A stretch of DNA of 64,000 nt from Marsupella aquatica. Taxonomy: Eukaryota; Plantae; Marchantiophyta. A program made the translations under genes and the position numbers. Below, piece after piece: positions 61,900 to 64,000 of this stretch. The notes beneath the pieces were generated by a model, which ran no database searches, was not told the origin of the DNA, and was given only the letters and a program-made list of their open reading frames with translations. The number at the start of each line of letters is the position of its first letter. Position 1 is the stretch's first letter. The stretch is taken from contig OZ316898.1 of NCBI GenBank assembly GCA_973895155.1, positions 1,773,927 through 1,837,926 of the forward strand, in the 5' to 3' direction.

Positions 61900-64000
61900 T
61901 TCTCGTCTCCTCGCACAGGACGATCCCCATTACCCATAGTATTTAAACTTACCGTTCACCTGCAGGAGGATCTTTCACAATCACAGTAATTTAGACAGCT
62001 ATACTGAGTGATCAGGGATACCATGACCACGATTCCAGAGAAATGCACCTCCAAAGGTGAAGTCAGTGCGAGGCTACAAGCTTTGTGAGAAAGATGCACA
62101 ATGCCTGGTAGGCATGGTCATCGAGCACCAGAGGATTGGAAGCGACTCGCTGTAGCCATCTGTATTCCAAATGCAGTTGATCCAAGCCAAACAACCGACA
62201 CAATCCAGTTTCACCAATATACTGTTTATTGCAAAGAATCTGAAATCGTTGCGTTGGGCTAGCATCGACCGACTACAAAGAAATAGAAATGGAGCTACCT
62301 CAACATGCTCCATTCATTCATGTAGTGTAAGGAAAGAAGCAATAACTTACAGCGGGAGACGACACAGATCCATCAAAGATCAAACGAGCTGCGGGAAAGT
62401 AATTGCACATAGAAACCGGTTCACAGAGCGGTGACCTCTAGAGCTTACAAATACATGCTTTCGAGTCCCTAACCATAGATTACCAAAATGGAACCCCCTA
62501 AAGCAACCAAGTCACATTGTAGTAATGCCTCCTTGAAAAGTTTAGCAGCAACAACATCCTGTGTCCACCCGAGAGTAAACTGACTCAAAACGACTTACCT
62601 CATTCAAGAATAAAAATTCGACCAACATCACATTTTAAGAAGACTTAAGAGCTGAACCCTTGTAAACAGGGAGTCAAACTTGGACCATTTACAAGATCGT
62701 CGTAACCTTTACAATAATGTCTGAGCAAGTCAGTAATTGCTCCAGCTGAAATCTGCTCAGGCATTGATAGCACCCTAAATCTTCATATTGGAACCAACAT
62801 GCTATTTACGAGGGAAAATTCCAATGACTTAGCTATTTGCAGGCAAGGTTGGGCGTACCTCCTGAGATAAAATGAGGAGATGGACCGCAGTGCAAGCTCC
62901 AGGCTAAATACAAGAACGCTCCTCTCATACCTGCGATAAATTGTCAAATCCCATCAAAATCCGGACCTCAGGTCGCACCAGGTAACACAAATGCTGACAA
63001 GAGCCAGAATGACAGCGACTATGATGGCAAATCAAAACCATTCGCAAAGACAACCTCCATAACAGTCACTCCATCCCCTAGACTAGTCTGCATCCCTGCG
63101 TTAGTACAGGAGAAAGCATGAAGCTATTCGTCAACACCCGAGGGTCCAAAGACCACAAGGTAACTTTGAAGAAAGTCATTGACCACATCCAAAATTGAAG
63201 GGGAAAACTTGCACTTGTTGTCAACTTTTCCCCTGCGGAAGGGCTGTCCATAATTTAGCAAGCGTCAGCCATATCTTCATTCCCCATCACGAGTAGATCA
63301 ACATTTCAAAACATTCAACATCTCAAGACCCCACACATGTACTCCGGAAGACAAGGTAGATTGCGCAGGCGCTGAATTCAATATCACCAAAGATAGACGA
63401 CGGTGCTCGGAGTCCAACCCTCAAAGCCTCCACCCAAACCAGCGGGCGTAGGAGCTCTGATTATCATCGTGAAAGTACTACATTTCTGCTAGTACATGGT
63501 TTTGCTAATCGAACAACTTTCTGAAGATCATGGGAGACGTGGTGAGGGGGGTTGATTGCGAAACTAACTTGGCCTAAGGGGAAGAGAAGGGAATAAGCGT
63601 GGGGGAGAGAGAGAGAGTGATAAGCCCTCAAGCAAGTCTGAGAGCAACAAAAAAAATCAAATCCCTGATGACAGACACCAGCAAACAAGGACCACAATGC
63701 CAGAATTGCACATAATCAAATTCACTGCAGATTGTTCATAAACATGTAGCCAAGGTTCATGGATATTGCACATATGAGACAACTACCGGTGATTCCATTC
63801 TAATAATCTTTTGAACATTTTAATTGGCAATGCCATTTACAATCTCAACAGCTGGCCGGAAATTTTTACAATTACCCAAAATTGATCCACTACAGATCAC
63901 AACCTAGCAGACCTCCGAGTCGCTGCTTTAGCTACATCTTTGGCCTCCTGCCGAGTGGCTGGCGTCTTCTCTTGACTAGGTGTAGCCTCACTATTTCTTA
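61900..64000 (-). other. Probable 3' part of an unidentified spliced gene extending beyond the window
   Basis: Repeated minus-strand splice signals flank short segments, e.g. RNSEATPSQEKTPATRQEAKDVAKSSDSE|GT, CGCAG|GKVDNKCKF..., TCGCAG|...GAG|GTACG, ACAG|WLQRVASNPLVLDDHAYQALCIFLTKL. No continuous frame or family could be established. Confidence 0.35.

Overview
Eukaryotic nuclear DNA from a non-seed land plant, most plausibly a liverwort. This is inferred from spliceosomal GT-AG introns, a ciliary IFT140 gene (implies flagellated sperm), an intron-containing microbial-type terpene synthase (MTPSL), and plant SKIP1, SEC20 and plastidic G6PD. The window has two halves. 1-34.8 kb is a repeat-rich accessory zone. 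It holds an intronless fungal-type aminoglycoside/choline-kinase-like phosphotransferase pseudogene, a SKIP1-like F-box gene, one intact MTPSL gene and a pseudogenised tandem copy. It also holds many mobile elements with readable ends: a complete non-autonomous Helitron plus a second 3' end, a PIF/Tourist MITE, a hAT-like element, a full-length tRNA-derived SINE, a ~200-bp miniature LTR element (TRIM), a fold-back element, and a full-length but inactivated Ty1/copia element. 35-64 kb is a conserved core zone: IFT140 (+), SEC20 (-), plastidic G6PD (-), a long GA-rich satellite and the end of an unidentified spliced locus. The strongest leads are the microbe-derived genes (fungal-type kinase relic and MTPSL pair), the unusually small TRIM, the SINE family, and an IFT140 that appears to lack its N-terminal beta-propeller. 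All family assignments come from motif recognition by eye; no database searches were run.
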